Shown here one piece after another: positions 12,239 through 26,983 of a stretch of 64,000 bases of DNA (position 1 is the first letter of the stretch; every line of letters starts with the position of its first letter). The stretch covers positions 124,001-188,000 of the forward strand of contig JASVEC010000017.1 of NCBI GenBank assembly GCA_030770535.1, in the 5' to 3' direction. This DNA comes from Batkoa obscura. Taxonomy: Eukaryota. The notes below the pieces were generated by a model. It ran no database searches, was not told the DNA's origin, and saw only the letters and a list, made by a program, of their open reading frames with translations. The position numbers were made by a program, and so were the translations under genes.

Positions 12239-13538
12239 TCAAAGCTTAGGAGGGGCCAAGCTCAATAAATCTGCTTTACGCTCAGCTTTTCTAAGGTCAG
12301 CAGACGCAGCAATAGCCTGTTCTTCTGGTGAAACTGGGACTAATGGCTGCAATTTATTTAGCTGATGGTTTGAACCGTGCTGCATTGTAACAAAAGTAAA
12401 GAAACCATCATTAGTAAACTCTTCAACAGAACTACCAGGTTCCAACTTTGTAACCATTACATAAACTTCCATACTTTTGTTAAATACTTTGGTCACTAAA
12501 CTACGTAAAATGATGATATCACCAACCCGACTTGGTTTCACAAACTGAATCGCATCAGAGCTAATATTTTATTGAGTGTTTTTTTAATTGTAAATTAATT
12601 TATCTGGACTTACCTCGCTGACATTACAACCCCTTTTGCATGCCTTGTGGCTGATACTGAAGCACAAGATTCCATCCAATTCATAATTTGACCACCAAAT
12701 AAAGTATCTATATTGTTTGCTTGGGAAGGCAAGATAGTATGTGCAGACTCTGCGTAAGTAGAGCTCGCCTTTGCAGTTGAGGACTAAACAAAAACATAAA
12801 TCAATAGGTAAATAAAGTAAAAGCTAGTCACTTACTAATAAATAAGATCTAAAATTTTCTAATTCTTGGGAATATTTGGCAGTTTTTCTAAGTTGCATTC
12901 TTTTATTACGCCTCACCTCTGCCTGCTCATAAAGCTGTGTTTGAAACGAAGTCTCTGGATATAACTTTGGTAATCGTAATATATTGTTTTCATCCCTTGG
13001 CCCATTGACCAATACAAAAGTTAATAATGAAGAGCAGCCTATATGTTTATTAGCTAAATTATTTTAGAAAATAAATTAAAATTACAAAACCTTGGACCCA
13101 AACCATTGAGGTCATCTACTTCCACAGTTACTTGGACTTCAATTGAGGTTTTCCAGCTTCTATTTATTTGGCCTTTAAATATGATGATGGAACCGACTTT
13201 TATCGGTGACATAAAATGGACTGCGTCCATACTACGTGTTGGCTAATTAAAATAAAAGGATTAAGATTGAATTAAATTTAATCAAATATTTAAGTTTACA
13301 CAAATTATAGCACCTCCCAGTTTACGAATAGCATGAGTAGCCACCAAATCAATGCTAGATAATATGGAGCCTCCTTTTATATAACCATTGATGGAATCAA
13401 ACCCTGAATTGGCCATATTCATCGAAGTTACTCTTAATATCAAGTTAATTGTTAGTATACTTAAATTATAATAGCAAATTACTGAGTGGAAGTGATACTC
13501 TTTGGCTCAAAATACTTTTGAATTAAGCTTAAGCTCAT
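12239..13538 (-). CDS. Double hotdog-fold acyl-CoA thioesterase (multi-exon)
   Basis: Exons encode SMDAVHFMSPIKVGSIIIFKGQINRSWKTSIEVQVTV and ILPSQANNIDTLFGGQIMNWMESCA...KPSRVGDIIILRSLVTKVFNKSMEVYV; GT-AG introns; ATG at 13538. Confidence 0.85.
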
Positions 13539-14412
13539 GGTGTTATTAAGTATCTCTTGGTTTCTTTGTGTGGACATGGTGGCACGATTTAATAGAGTTG
13601 GTCGTAAAAGCGATTTTATCGATTTTATAAGGGGTTTTATACGTTGCATTAATATTATTAAAAATTCTAATTTTTAGTTGGTCTTTTCGGTATCTTTTTC
13701 CTTTTCGTATTAACATAATTCTTTTTACGTGTTCATTATTTACGGGTTTCAATTATAACCAAGTGCGAAATAGCAGGCATATTTGACCTCTTAATTGGTA
13801 CAAGTTTTTTATTTAGAAAATAAGGATTACCAATTGAGTTTACGAATAGTATGAATTTGAGCATTTAATTGGCTGATGTTATTTTTACAGATTATGAATT
13901 GTAACAATTGGAAAAATTAAAGTACTCATTATTTAGCACTTAGCTACAAGTTAAGTGTATATTCTGTTTATCGAAAAATAATTTAAGAAGCTATAAGCGT
14001 TGATTATTAATATATGTTCAATAAACTATTACTATAGTAATAATAGCAATGCTGTATTTCTTGATATTTTAAACTATTACTTTATTAAGCATTACTAAAT
14101 AAAACTCTGAAATTCTTGCAAAAAAATATATCCCTAATAAACAAATTCAATAAATTCAAAATTTTACTCAATCTAGTTCACTCTAACTGATATTTTAGCA
14201 AAAGTTGCGAAAAAACACACCAATTAAAGTGAATTAGACCGAGTATTTATAAATTTATATAAAATAAATTGCCTGATGCTGTGTTAGTTTAAATTTAAAA
14301 ATTACTGAATTTTATTCCTTTTTTATAAGTAGAACTATTAATTTAATCATAACTAAGTTTAAAAAAGATAGCCAATATTTCTTTTAAAATTATAGTAGAA
14401 ACAAAACATAAG

Positions 14413-16456
14413 ATGGAAGGAAGAAAGCAAAAAAAACAGGATTTGGGCAAGAGCTACGTTTTTTCAGTATCAAAAAATACATCTCAAAGTAAAGAAAAAG
14501 GTATTTGAATCCAACATCGCTAAAGCATTAACAATAAATATTATTTAGTGCCAAAACATGTAGCTAAACCATCCCTTCCATATCAAGCGAACGCTAATTA
14601 CCCACCATTAGAAAAACCAAGGCAAGAACTGGGAAAAATACCAATGCCAATAGGCTATCAGCCATTAAGCCATGAGTTAGCAAGGAAGAATAGAGGTCCA
14701 ACCATGAAAATGGAAGAACCGTCCCCTTTAATGTTTATCCAAAAGAACAGAGGTCCAACAGTAAAAATGGAAGAGCCACCAGCCTTGAAGTTTATCCATG
14801 AAAATGGAGAAACACAAACGGCAATGAACATAGCTCGTTATACACACACCATAAGTTTTGATCAAGCACAGAAGAGCAGCAAAATAAAGTCTGGATTGCT
14901 TCCCGTTCAGCCAATGCCTCACCATTTTTCAGTTCCAGAAACATATTTAAAGCACTTAAAACAAAAGTTTCCAATCAATCCAGTGCATAAAAAAGAGGTG
15001 GAGCAGATATCTAAAATGTTTAGTCATCTAAGTCAGGACTATTATATCTATGATAAGATCGGGGAGGGTACATTCAGTTCGGTTTACAAAGGAGTGGATA
15101 TCAAGTTTGATTTATATGATAATTCAAGTTGGGATTTATTTGATGATGCGGATGATGAGGAAGAAGAATTTAACTTTAAAAAGGTACCTCAACCACCACC
15201 AAATTTAGTCTGGGATTTACCGAATTCAAACGACCATCCGGTATATGTCAACCCTAATTCTTTAACTAGAAGTAAAGGCTCAGCCAAGTATAAGTTAGTA
15301 GCAATCAAGAAGATTTATGTCACCTCTAGTTGTTCTAGAATTGAAAATGAGATCGAGTTGTTATCTATATTAAGGTAAGACATAAAATTGCAAACTTTTG
15401 TTGCTCTTTATTTATTTTATTATTGATTTGTAGTGGCCATCCAAATGTAGTTTCTTTAATTACAGCTTTACGGCATGAAGATCAAATCATAGCAATAACT
15501 CCTTACTACCGCCATCATGATTTTAGAGTAAGTTCAATTTAACATTATATAAATTATAAGAATAAGTTTATTAACTAACTTTAGGACACCTTTTTGTTAT
15601 TTTCATTTCAAGATATGCAAAGTTACCTACGTTGTTTATTACGAGGTTTACTTCGATGCCATCAACTAAAGATCATTCATCGAGATGTTAAACCCTCCAA
15701 TTTCTTATATCATATGACCAAACGTAGAGGTCAATTAGCAGATTTCGGCCTGGCACAAAGGATCGAAAATACCAACAGAGAAGAAAGATTGGATTTTGAT
15801 AAGTTAAGAGAAGAAGCTCCCAAATCCAATGACCCTAATTTGCACAAAAATCCAAATGGGGCCTATGGTTCGTTTATGAATGATAAGGGGATACCAGGAG
15901 TAGTTAAAAATGATCATCGCCCTTCAATTAGAGCGAATCGAGCTGGTACTCGTGGATTTAGAGCACCTGAAGTGCTCTTTAAGGTGGTTAATCAAACTTC
16001 AGGTAAATTTTAATTTAATTTGACATCTAAATTAAAATTAAGATAACTTTTTTAGCTATTGATATTTGGTCAGCTGGAGTGATCTTACTTTGTATGCTAA
16101 CTAGAAAATTCCCGTTTTTTAATTCTCCCACCGATCATGATGCCTTAATTGAAATCGGAATTATTTATGGAAAAAAGAGAATGCAGGAAGTAGCTAAAAT
16201 ATTTAGTGAGTATCATTTATATTAGTCAATTAACATTTATTGACTGTTTTATCTAGATAGAACATTTGATACTAATGTACCATCTGTTACTGAAGATGGT
16301 ATGACTTTTGAAGAATTGATCCATTTTAACAACCCAGGTGAATATAATATCATTCCTTATCAAGCTATTGATCTGTTGAAACGATTATTGATGTTGAATC
16401 CAGCGGAACGTATTTCTGCTGAACATGCCCTTCAGCATCCTTTCTTATCAGAGTGA
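14413..16456 (+). CDS. CDC7: Cdc7/Hsk1 serine/threonine kinase (multi-exon)
   Basis: KIGEGTFSSVYK, VAIKKIYVTSS..RIENE, IIHRDVKPSNFL, DFGLAQ and RANRAGTRGFRAPEVLFK are Cdc7 signatures; stop TGA at 16454-16456. Confidence 0.93.
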
Positions 16457-16476
16457 AAGTTGCTACTATGATGAAG

Positions 16477-16583
16477 ATATGAGGGTGTTTTTTTTGGTTT
16501 CATTACTTTTTCCATTTTTTAAGCGCTATTTGAGTGCAAAAATTGTTAGTAAAATTGTTAGACATAAAAATACATCCCCATAT
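16477..16583 (+). mobile_element. MITE-like family A, copy 2
   Basis: atatgagggtgtttttttt...aaaaatacatccccatat. Confidence 0.88.
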
Positions 16584-16926
16584 GTTCATTTTAAAGAATT
16601 AAGTGAATTTATTAGTGCTTTTTCAAAATCAAATTAAGGATATTGATTGATTAAAATATTATTTAAATTTTATTATTGCTTATCTGTTATTTTATCTTTA
16701 TTAACTGAAAAGAACTATTATTAAGATTGATTTGATTAAATTTATACAAATCAAAGAGAAATCCATTAAAAAACCCAAATACTAGCAATATTAATAATAA
16801 TCAATTTATTTTTGCTTCTATGTGAAAAAGGTAGATAAAGTCAAAAAGCTTCAGTTAATTACAACTACAACTTGCGATAAAGATAAATAGCAGAATGACA
16901 TGTTCCTCAATATAATCTAAGAGTCC

Positions 16927-18794
16927 TTAATCTTTCTTCTTCTTTTTCTTTTTCTCTCCCTAAAAATAAATATAAGTATTCAGCTTTATGTAATAGAAAT
17001 TTTAAACTTACATCAGTTTCAGATTTACGCTTAGACTCCTAATAAAATGCATTAGTTTTTTATTGTATTTATCTAATTGGTTATTTTACCTTTTCTTTCT
17101 TTTCTTTTTTAGATTTCTTGTCTTTAGTTTCTTCATCTTTAGTTTCAACTACTATTTTGGCTTCTTCCTTGATCTAAAAATTTATTAGTAAAACCCAGCT
17201 AAAGTATACTTTAATTTACCTCAACGATAGGAGCAAGTTCAACTGGGGCTGGGATAGGATCAGCAGCATCACTTTCTTCAGGTCTAAAAATATAAATATT
17301 ATATTTTAAAAGGTTAAGTTGCTATTTACCTATGTAAATCTTTGTAAGAGGTAGCCCAGTCTTTAGGTGTGTTTTCATTCTTTTTACCATATTTATCAAG
17401 TTTTCCTTCTTTAATAAGTGCTTTCTTTTTGGCAGCCTAAAAATATTATTAGTTATTAATCTAAGATATTAAAAATATTAATTACAATTGGTCCTAATCC
17501 CCAACGACGTGGATAAGTATCACGTTCCATAATGACACGCTTGATCTTAGCAGCAACACCATGTTCACAGGTAGCCAAAACAGCAGTGTTCATTTGAGCA
17601 ATAGCAAGAGCAACAGCTTCACCTTTGGTTGTAATAATAACTACTTCATCGTTAACTTCAATGCCAGCTTCATATCTTAATACACCTGGAATCATAATCT
17701 TAGCTCCGTAACATACAGCGTTGATAGCACTATCTTTTAATACAATACGCTTATAACCAGTTAAAAGGGACTCAAGTGGTCTAATGACACGACGTAAATA
17801 AGATTCTAAAATTAAAAAATTAAAGTTTAGGTAATTGTAAATAATTTTGTATTTACCATCGTTGGAGCTTTCGTAAACCCATTGGGCATCAAGGACATCA
17901 TGCATAGTAACCATGTTATCCTAAATAAAAATTAGATAATATAACTTTAAACTCAAATCAAATTACATCTTCTCCATTAGAACCTGAACGTACACGACGA
18001 AGTTCTTGCATATGACCACCAACTTTAAGGAGTAAACCTAAATGTACACAGAGGGTACGGATATAGGTACCAGCTTCACAAGAGACCCAAAATACAGCGA
18101 GATTACGTTCGTTATCAAACTCAATAAGCTTAGATTCGTTAATGGTACGTACACGAAGTTGTCTCTTAACAGCGGAAATAAGAGGAGGACGTTGGAATAA
18201 AGCACCAGTTAAGGTTTCGATAGCCTAATTGAATTATTAATTTATGAACTTAAGTGTGTTAAAAGTTAATCTTTTACATTTGGTAGAGCTTTTTCGTTTT
18301 CAAGAGCATCATGGAGACGTAAAACAGCAACGTATTCCTTACCAGCGGATTGTTGGGACTTAACTAAACGGGTAGCACGGTCAATGCAAACAATCAAACA
18401 TCCAGTGACTTTGGGATCTAAAGTTCCACTGTGTCCAGTTTTCTCGACTTTAAGGATTCTACGAATCCAAGCTACAACTTCATGGGAACTTGGGTTGGAA
18501 GGTTTATCTAAGTTGATGATACCATAACTTTTTTAAAATTAATACATTGGTTAGTTAACTAGAAAACAAATTACCGTAAATAATTTTTTAAGTCTCTAGC
18601 AAGAGGGGAAGAACCACTTGGGATAGGGGTAAAGTGACCAGTACGAGCTAAAAGTTGATCATAGTTCTAAATAGATTAGTTTTAAACATTTGTCCATATT
18701 CTAATTATTTAAATATTACTTTTAATAATAATGGCCATTCTGAAGTATTGACAGCTGGTACATCTTTAGTTGGTTTGATAACATGTTCACTCAT
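16927..18794 (-). CDS. CBF5: H/ACA snoRNP pseudouridine synthase Cbf5/dyskerin (multi-exon)
   Basis: [53 protein letters not shown] domain, [20 protein letters not shown] and a K-rich tail. Confidence 0.97.
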
Positions 18795-19283
18795 TTTATT
18801 AATTTTTTTTTGAAAAAAATGGTAGGCTATTTAATTTGACTTATTTTGTTAGTTTTATCTTTGGAATATTTATTATGGGAAGTCTCAAGTTTAATCCCCT
18901 TTTTTTGAAATTATGCAATTATTTAGCAAATTTTGAAACTGCAGAAACAGGAAATTATGCTGCGTTACTTGGATTGTTTAAGTTGATTTTATTAGTGAAA
19001 ATTGATCTGAAGCAAGTTTTTTAAAATTCCCCTTACTTTTTTTTTCAGTTTTAAATTTTATAAAAGTGGACAACTTATTTAAATAAAAAAGGGAATTCTC
19101 TCGTGTTGAAATGAATATTTAAGAGTGTAACTCTATTTTTTTCTGAGTTTAAAAAACAATTGTAGTAAAAATTCAGTTTTTATTAGATTTAAACAATCAA
19201 TTCTAAAGCCATTAAAAAGCTACTTGCGCCTATAGCCTTTTAATTTCAAAATAAGTATAGCAGCATCACCATATTAACTCTAC

Positions 19284-19682
19284 TATTAGGTATTTCCATA
19301 TGCTTCTTCCTTTTTGGGCAAAAATGGCGGCAAGCATATCATTGGTTATAATAAAAATTGAATTTTTTGATATTTAACAGAAACCTAATTTTTAATAAAT
19401 AGTTTTAGCTAATATTTTAAAACATTTTGTTTAATTAATAAAAAACAACAATTTAATTTTGATTTTAATTTAATTTTGATTTTAATTTTGTATTAATAAT
19501 AAAATACTATTTATAGAAAAAAAAGATTAAAAAATAAAAACAAACTACTGCTTTATCTTTTTGTTTGGAATTTTTTTAACTATAAACATCAATTTTAAAT
19601 CAATTAATTTTTACTTCAATTCCGCAGTCTTTATGGCAAAGATTTGCCCAAAAAGAAGAAAGAAATATGGAAATACCTAATA
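19284..19682. mobile_element. MITE-like element B (~400 bp, ~40 bp TIR)
   Basis: tattaggtatttccatatgcttcttcctttttgggcaaa ... tttgcccaaaaagaagaaagaaatatggaaatacctaata; TA at both ends. Confidence 0.8.
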
Positions 19683-20243
19683 TTTAAATTAAAATATAGA
19701 CTTAATTTTTACATCAAACTTCAAAGCTTTTATTCTTACATCAAATTATAGAACTTGACTTCATATTTAATTTAACTAAAAATTTTCAATGATCCAATAC
19801 CACATCAAATAGAAACTTATTTTTAGCTTTTAGAATGTATAATAATAAATTAATAAAACTATAGTTAAAAATAGGCTAATTTCAATAATAAAAATCTATT
19901 ATTAAGAATAATATATATATTAATAATCCACATCTACCAACACTTAGAATATATAATAAATCAACTACCAGCTTAACAGCTTGAATAAAACCTCAGGGTA
20001 AGTACAGCCACAATTGATAAAAGCCAATGAAAGAAAGCAATTAACGAATCAGATGGTTAAAGAAACAAATCAAAATGAAAAAAGTCGTCAAATTAAGAGG
20101 GGAAAGAAGAATAAAATTGATAAAAATTATGATGGAATTTGAAAATAAATAAAGTAAAAAATTTATCTATTTTTATAATTAAAGTTTTTCAATTTTATTA
20201 CCCTTTTAAAATTGTGTTGATTAGAATTTAAGTTAAAACAAAA

Positions 20244-21698
20244 ATGAATACTGCAGTTGTTAAAGCTACTAAACACGATGGTAATATTCCTAAACAAAAA
20301 CATGTTATTGGTAAGGATTAGTTTATTCATTATTATTACTAATACAAAATATAAATTATAAATTATAAAATTAATTAATTTTCTAATTCAACAGCATTAT
20401 GTTCCTTCAGTTGGGAGAATAAAGTTACTGTCAAGAATATGTTAGATTTATTAGGAGATAGATTGAGAGATAATAATTGGGATGTAAGTAAAACTGAAAC
20501 TAAAGCTAAATTAAATAAAATTAAAATTCTATTTTTTAGGTAGTTTATAAAACATTAATAGTTATTCACACAATTATGAGGGATGGATGCCCAGAGAATG
20601 TATTTGATTATTTAACAAGAGCACGTAGTTTATTAGATACATCAAGCTTTCGACCCAAAAATTCAAATGTCGGTAAGTTTCATTTATAATTCAATCATTC
20701 CTTCATTTTTAAATTTTTAAATTTTTAAATTTTTAAATTTAGGTTTTAATCAAGTTAAAAATATACGAGATTATAGTACTTATTTAGAACATAAAGTATT
20801 AGTTTATTCTCAAAAAAAAATAGACTTTTGTACCACACATAATAATACTAAAATCAATGAAATGTTCAGCTTAGCTATTAATAATGAATTAATCGATAAT
20901 ATTAATTTAATTCAAGAACATTTGGAAGTTTTATTAGCTGCTAGGGTAATAGTTCTTATAATTATTCTATATTTATATTTATATCTGATGTTTTATTTAG
21001 ATATCAGAAAATGATATTGATAGTCATATAAGTTTATATGCATTTAAAATGTTAATAAGAGATATGTTAAAAATATATCAATTTTTAAATCAAGGAGTAA
21101 TTACTATATTAAAAGGATTTTTTGATTTAGATTTACCATTAGCAAAATTATGCCTTAATATCTATAAAAGATATATATCATTAACAGAACAAGTTATCAA
21201 TTATTTAAATAAGGCAAGAGATATTGAAAATTATTTACAATTTACTATTCCAGAATTAAAACATGTAAATTTTTTATTATAATATTTTTTTAATATCAAT
21301 TTTGTTAATTAATTTTCTTAGGCTCCAGTTTCATTGTTAAACGCATTACAAGATCATTTAAATTCATTAAAAAGTAGTCAAGTTAGGGTTCCTAATGTTA
21401 CTTCGAACAATACACAACATACAGAAATATCAAATCAACATCAGCAACAACAACAACAGAAACAAAAAGGTAAAGTTTTATTTAATGATAATAATATTTT
21501 TATTAATTTTATTTTAAATAATAGTAATTAAAAAAGAAGCTATTGATTTCTTTGCATCCTTAGATGATGAATTAAATGTACAAACAAATAGTAATATTAG
21601 CAATAATAATACTTCATATAATCCATTTAATAATGGTAATAATAACAATAATAATAACAATATAAATAATGATTTATTATCATTTAATTCAAACACTA

Positions 21699-21749
<51 letters not shown>

Positions 21750-22297
21750 TACCATTTAATCCATTTAATCAAAATCAACAAGTACTAAATCGAAGACAAA
21801 CAACAGTGATTCCACAATTTAATCAGTCAATAAGGACTTCTACAATGCCTAATAATTTTAATCCATTCAGCACTACTTCCAATCCATTTGCTACAATGGG
21901 AGGTAACACTAGTAATAGTGGAATGAGTATGAATAATATGAATAATATGAGTTTAGGGAATAATCGAAATACAATGAATCCTTTTTTAATGGATTCAGCT
22001 ACACAAAATTTAAATAGTAGTCATCAACTCAATTCTATGTTTAATAATCCAATGACACACAATACAACTATAAACACATCATCAAATTTTAATACATCAT
22101 TGAATCCAAGTTTTAATTCATCGAACTCATCTACTTCTTTATTTGATATTAGTAATTCTAATAATAATAATTTTAGTTTTAATAATAATAATAATAATAA
22201 TAATGGAATGAATAATAATAATTCTCTATTTAATACAAATAATGGAATGAATAATAATATAAATAACAATTCTAATAACAACATAAATTTATTTTAA
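20244..22297 (+). CDS. ANTH-domain clathrin adaptor (AP180/Yap180-like), multi-exon
   Basis: MNTAVVKATKHD..PKQKHV, WDVVYKTLIVIHTIMRDG; Asn-rich C-terminus with several NPF motifs. Confidence 0.88.
21701..21747 (+). repeat. (AAT)n microsatellite encoding poly-Asn
   Basis: Direct sequence. Confidence 0.9.
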
Positions 22298-22858
22298 AAA
22301 GTATTAATAATCCATTATCTATTAATATCTTTGATTGAATAAGATTTTTTCTGTTTTTTATACTTCTTTTATTGTTATCGTTTTCAAATTTTATCCTGTT
22401 CCAAATTATTCCTCATCTCTCTTTCACTAGCTCTTTTTTAAAATTCAAATAAAAATCGATTTTTTATATTACTAATAATATTAACAATTAGACTTGTTTT
22501 TTTGTATGGGCTATTTAGTTATTTGGTTTATTTATTTTTTCTAATATTGTTATCATTATAAAAATAAAAATGAAATAACATAAAAATGCTTAAAAGACAT
22601 AAGACTATTTTGATTTGTTTTATAAAAAATAAATATAAAAATAAAACAATAACATAAACCAATCAATCATTCTATATTAAATTTTAATACTAATTTAAAA
22701 AATTAAAAAATAAACAAATCTAACTATTGAACTTAGTCAATATAATAACATACGTTAATATCTTTATTTTCATTTAACTACTAATAAAATATTTAATATT
22801 TAATATTTAATATTTAGTATTCATAGACAATCATTCTTTAGATATTATAAAATCTTAA

Positions 22859-24466
22859 TTAAATAATAAGTCTAGTTAAGATCCCATGTTTGACTTTTGA
22901 AATTTGATGATATAACTCATGTAAATGGGATTTAATTTCTTCTTCGGATTTAACTGGTGGTACAATATCCGCAATTAAATAAGCGACGGAACCTTTTGAA
23001 TCTGAACTTTGTCTTTCAACATTATAATCCGATAATAAATTATTAATTTCCTAAATTAAATTAAATTAAATATCAATTAACTAGAATAGTTATTAAAAAC
23101 TTACCTTTAACACACCAGGTACATTATCATGCACAAATATAACTCTTACAATATTGCCTTCTTGTAGCACTCGAGGTCTTAATTCCAAATTGGGGAAATT
23201 AACAGCAGATAAAGTAGTCCCAATATTTAAATATTTAGTAATAGAAGTGCCCACTTCAATACCAATCATAGATTGTGCTTCTTCAGTGGAGCCACCAATA
23301 TGAGGTGATAAGATAGTATTTGGACATCCAATTAATTCATTTGTAAATGCTTCCCCATTTTTAGATGGTTCGACTGGGAATACGTCAATGGCTGCTCCAG
23401 CTAAATGTCCTGATTTTAACGCTTCAGCAAGGTGATTGAGTTGTACCTATGAATTAAAATAAAATGTTAATTATTATTATTATTATTATTATAAACTTAC
23501 CACTGTGCCCCTTGAATAATTAATCAAATAACTTCCTTTTTTCATTAATTTTAATTCCCTTTCACCAATCATTTCTTTAGTATCCTTCGTCTCTGGTACA
23601 TGTAATGTAATAAAATCACACATTTCTAATAAATCTTCTAATTTTGTAATTTGAGTTGCTGTTCCCAAAGGCATAATTTGCAATATATCATAAAAATAAA
23701 CTTGAATTCCTAAACTTTCCGCTAATACAGAGAGTTGAGAGCCAATGTGACCGTAACCAATAATACCTAATTTTTTATTACGAACTTCATAACAGTTTTT
23801 ACTAACTTTGTTCCATAGTCCATTATGCATCTCTTGATTACGATCCCCCATTTGACGAGAAAGATAAATGATATGAGCAAGCACAAGTTCAGCTATGAGT
23901 GGGAATAAGATTAATATAAATAATAAATGATAAATAATAATAAATTAAAGTAAATTAAAGTATCTACTTACCTACTGATCTTGAATTGGAAAAGGGCGAA
24001 TTAAACACTGGAATCCCTCTTTTTTCTGCATAATTTAAATCCACTTGATTAGTACCGATACAAAAACAACCAATGGCTAATAAATTTCGGGCTGAAGATA
24101 ACACTTTTTCAGTAAGTTTAGTTTTACTCCTAATAAAAGGTTCAAGTGATTGTTAGTATGTAAGTTGAAGATGAGATATAAAAAGAGAGGGGTAAGGATG
24201 AAATTAAGTTACCTTATACCAATGACATGAACAGTTTGTATCTTTTCAATTAATTCTTCTTCCGATAATGCTTTAGTATGGGATTCTATCTAAAAATCAA
24301 AATTAATTGAAAGTTAATTAATAGATACAAATACGCTTACATTAAATCCTTGTTTATTAAAAATATTAATAGCAGTTGAATTAATATTTTCTAATAATAA
24401 TATATTTAATTGATTTTTTTGAATATTGTGTTCCAATTGATATTTATTTTCAGTATTGAATATCAT
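22859..24466 (-). CDS. SER3: D-3-phosphoglycerate dehydrogenase (Ser3/Ser33, SerA-type) with ACT domain, multi-exon
   Basis: GCFCIGTNQVDL, VFNSPFSNSRSVAELV, LGIIGYGHIGSQLSVLAE, SPHIGGSTEEAQ, FVHDNVPGVL. Confidence 0.94.
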
Positions 24467-25440
24467 GTTTAAGAAAATTGAGTATAAATTGCTTAAATAT
24501 AATAAGAGAGGAATGAAATTAATTTTAACTTGTTTTTATACTCTCTTATCTTATCTCTTATCTTGTTATTAATAAATTTGAAACTATTAATAAAATTCAC
24601 TTAACCTTAAAATCTCCTTATTTTTTATTATTCTTTTTAAAGTTAATCATTTACCTTACTTTAATGAGTCATCAAGATTAATTGAAACATTTAAAAGGAT
24701 TTTTTTTAATAGATTTCTTCTAATAAACTTCCAGCTCATTTATTATTATTTAATCCTAATTTGATATGATAATCAATTGTAATATTACTATAAACGTTAT
24801 TAAATAAAATATTTACCCTTTATTTTATTTATTTTATTAATCATATGAAAAATAGAGGGGAAATTTTTATTAATAATTAATAATTAATAATTAATAAAAA
24901 CATAATAGCTTTTTATATCTATTGAAATAGCTCAAATATCAATTTAGTTATATAATCAATATTAATTTACTGCCACTTTCCATTAAGTAATTATATTCAG
25001 CTTTATTTTAGTATTTAGGATTCTTTAATTACTTATCATATTATATTATAGTTTAATAAATAGAATAATAATAATATATAATACATAATAATAATAATAT
25101 AATAATAATAATAATAATATCCTTCCAAAGCCCTATTTATCACCTCATTCAGCAATCCAATTTCGTCATCCTAGTTATGACAATAAAGTTAAAAATTAAG
25201 TTCTAAAAAAATAGTAACTTTATCAAAAAGAATATAATCAATGTTAATTCAATCTAAACAACTTAAAAAATGAAAAAATTAATTCCAATCGAAAAGAATG
25301 ATTAAAAATAAAGAATCAGATTGAAAATATTAGATTTAAATTTTGAAATTCCAATAAATTTCTACTTTCAATTTATTATTCAACAATATCAATCTTTAAT
25401 TCAATTATAAAGTTTTATTCACTTAATAATTAACAAAATT

Positions 25441-26414
25441 ATGAATTTCACTACCCTCAATGATCACTTAAATCTTCCTAATGATTTACCCTTACCAAAT
25501 ACCACTTGGACTATTATTGACCATAGTTTACGTACAAATGGGGAATTTTTATTATTAAATTTTATCAAAAGTGGATTGAAATTAAAGAAAAACATATTAT
25601 TTATATCATTTAATAATATATATTTACATTATTCAATGTTAATTAAAAAGATGGTAAGTTCAATAAAGAAAGAAGAAGAAAAGAAAATTTTTTTTTAGTT
25701 AAACATTGAGTTTGAAAAAATATTAACTATTTTCTTTTGTTTTGTTTTTTTAGGGTTTAAATCCATCTGATGATAATTTAACATTCTTATCTTTATTAAC
25801 AGAAACAAAAGAAAAATTAAATTATGATATTCTTCTTAATCTTATTCAACAAAAAATAGTATTTGGAGAACAAGTTAATATAATATTTGATGATATTACC
25901 CCATTAATTTATCTTGGTTTAACTTTTTCCGAAGTATTAAAATTAGTTAATTGGTGTAAGAATTTAACTTTTAAAGTAAGTATTATTAATTTTATTTATT
26001 AATTTTATTTTTATTATTATATAGAATAATGGGTTTTTTATAATATTAAAACATGGGGATTTAGAATTTCAATCTAATACAATAATCAAAAATTTATCTT
26101 TATCATTATGTCATTTAAGTAATTTTATTATTAAATTAACTCCATTAGCTACTGGTTTTTCAAGTGAAATTCATGGTCAAGTAAGTAATTTCCTGTATAT
26201 TTATATTTATTTATATTTATATTCTATTATTTTATGTTTATATTGTTGTCATCAAATATTAATGTATTTATTTTATTATTATTAGTTATCCATTCATCAA
26301 GGACCCTTACAATTACAATCCCAACGTCATGGCCAAGGTTTAATTTATCATTATAAATTAACGGATAATCAATTTCAATTATTTGTTAAAGGAAATAGTC
26401 ATACAGTATTATAA
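25441..26414 (+). CDS. ELP6: Elongator subunit Elp6-like (multi-exon)
   Basis: IIDHSLRTNGEFLLLNFI, IIFDDIT, KLTPLATGFSSEIHGQL and a terminal YKLTDNQFQLFVKG, typical of the Elp6 family. Confidence 0.75.
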
Positions 26415-26542
26415 ATAGAATAATAATATGAGAATTAAATAAATAAAAATAAAATATTAATTTTAAGATTCTTATTTTATTTAATTTTATTTAATTTACT
26501 TTATAATTTACGATTATGATTCCCCTTAACTCAAACTTTAAT

Positions 26543-26944
26543 TTACCCATTTAATAACTCCACAATTTGTTCAGGTATATTAGGTATTTGATTGGCATGA
26601 GTAACATTATCTTCTTCATTATTACCTTCATTATCACATTTTGAATGATCAAAATTCCAAGAATGATTCATATCGGAATGCGTTGGTACTGAAAAAGGTA
26701 ATAAATGATTTGGATCTTTAAATAAAGTAAATAAATTATATTGTACAAAAGAATTCATTAATTCATTCGAATTTTCTCTAGAGTGACTTAATGGAATAAC
26801 TGGTAATGGTTTATTAATATTATTGGAAATAGTGGTAGTAGTATGATTTAATTGATTCTCCTCCCATTCTTCTTCAGTAATTATATTCACTTTAGGTACA
26901 GGTGAATGTTCATTTGAAGGAGGTACAATTTGAATTTGTAATTG

Positions 26945-26983
<39 letters not shown>

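Noticed and set aside
16425..16637. Small ORFs sharing FFKRYLSAKIVSKI (also 30287-30505 and 46868-47050)
   Set aside because: They are chance translations of MITE family A
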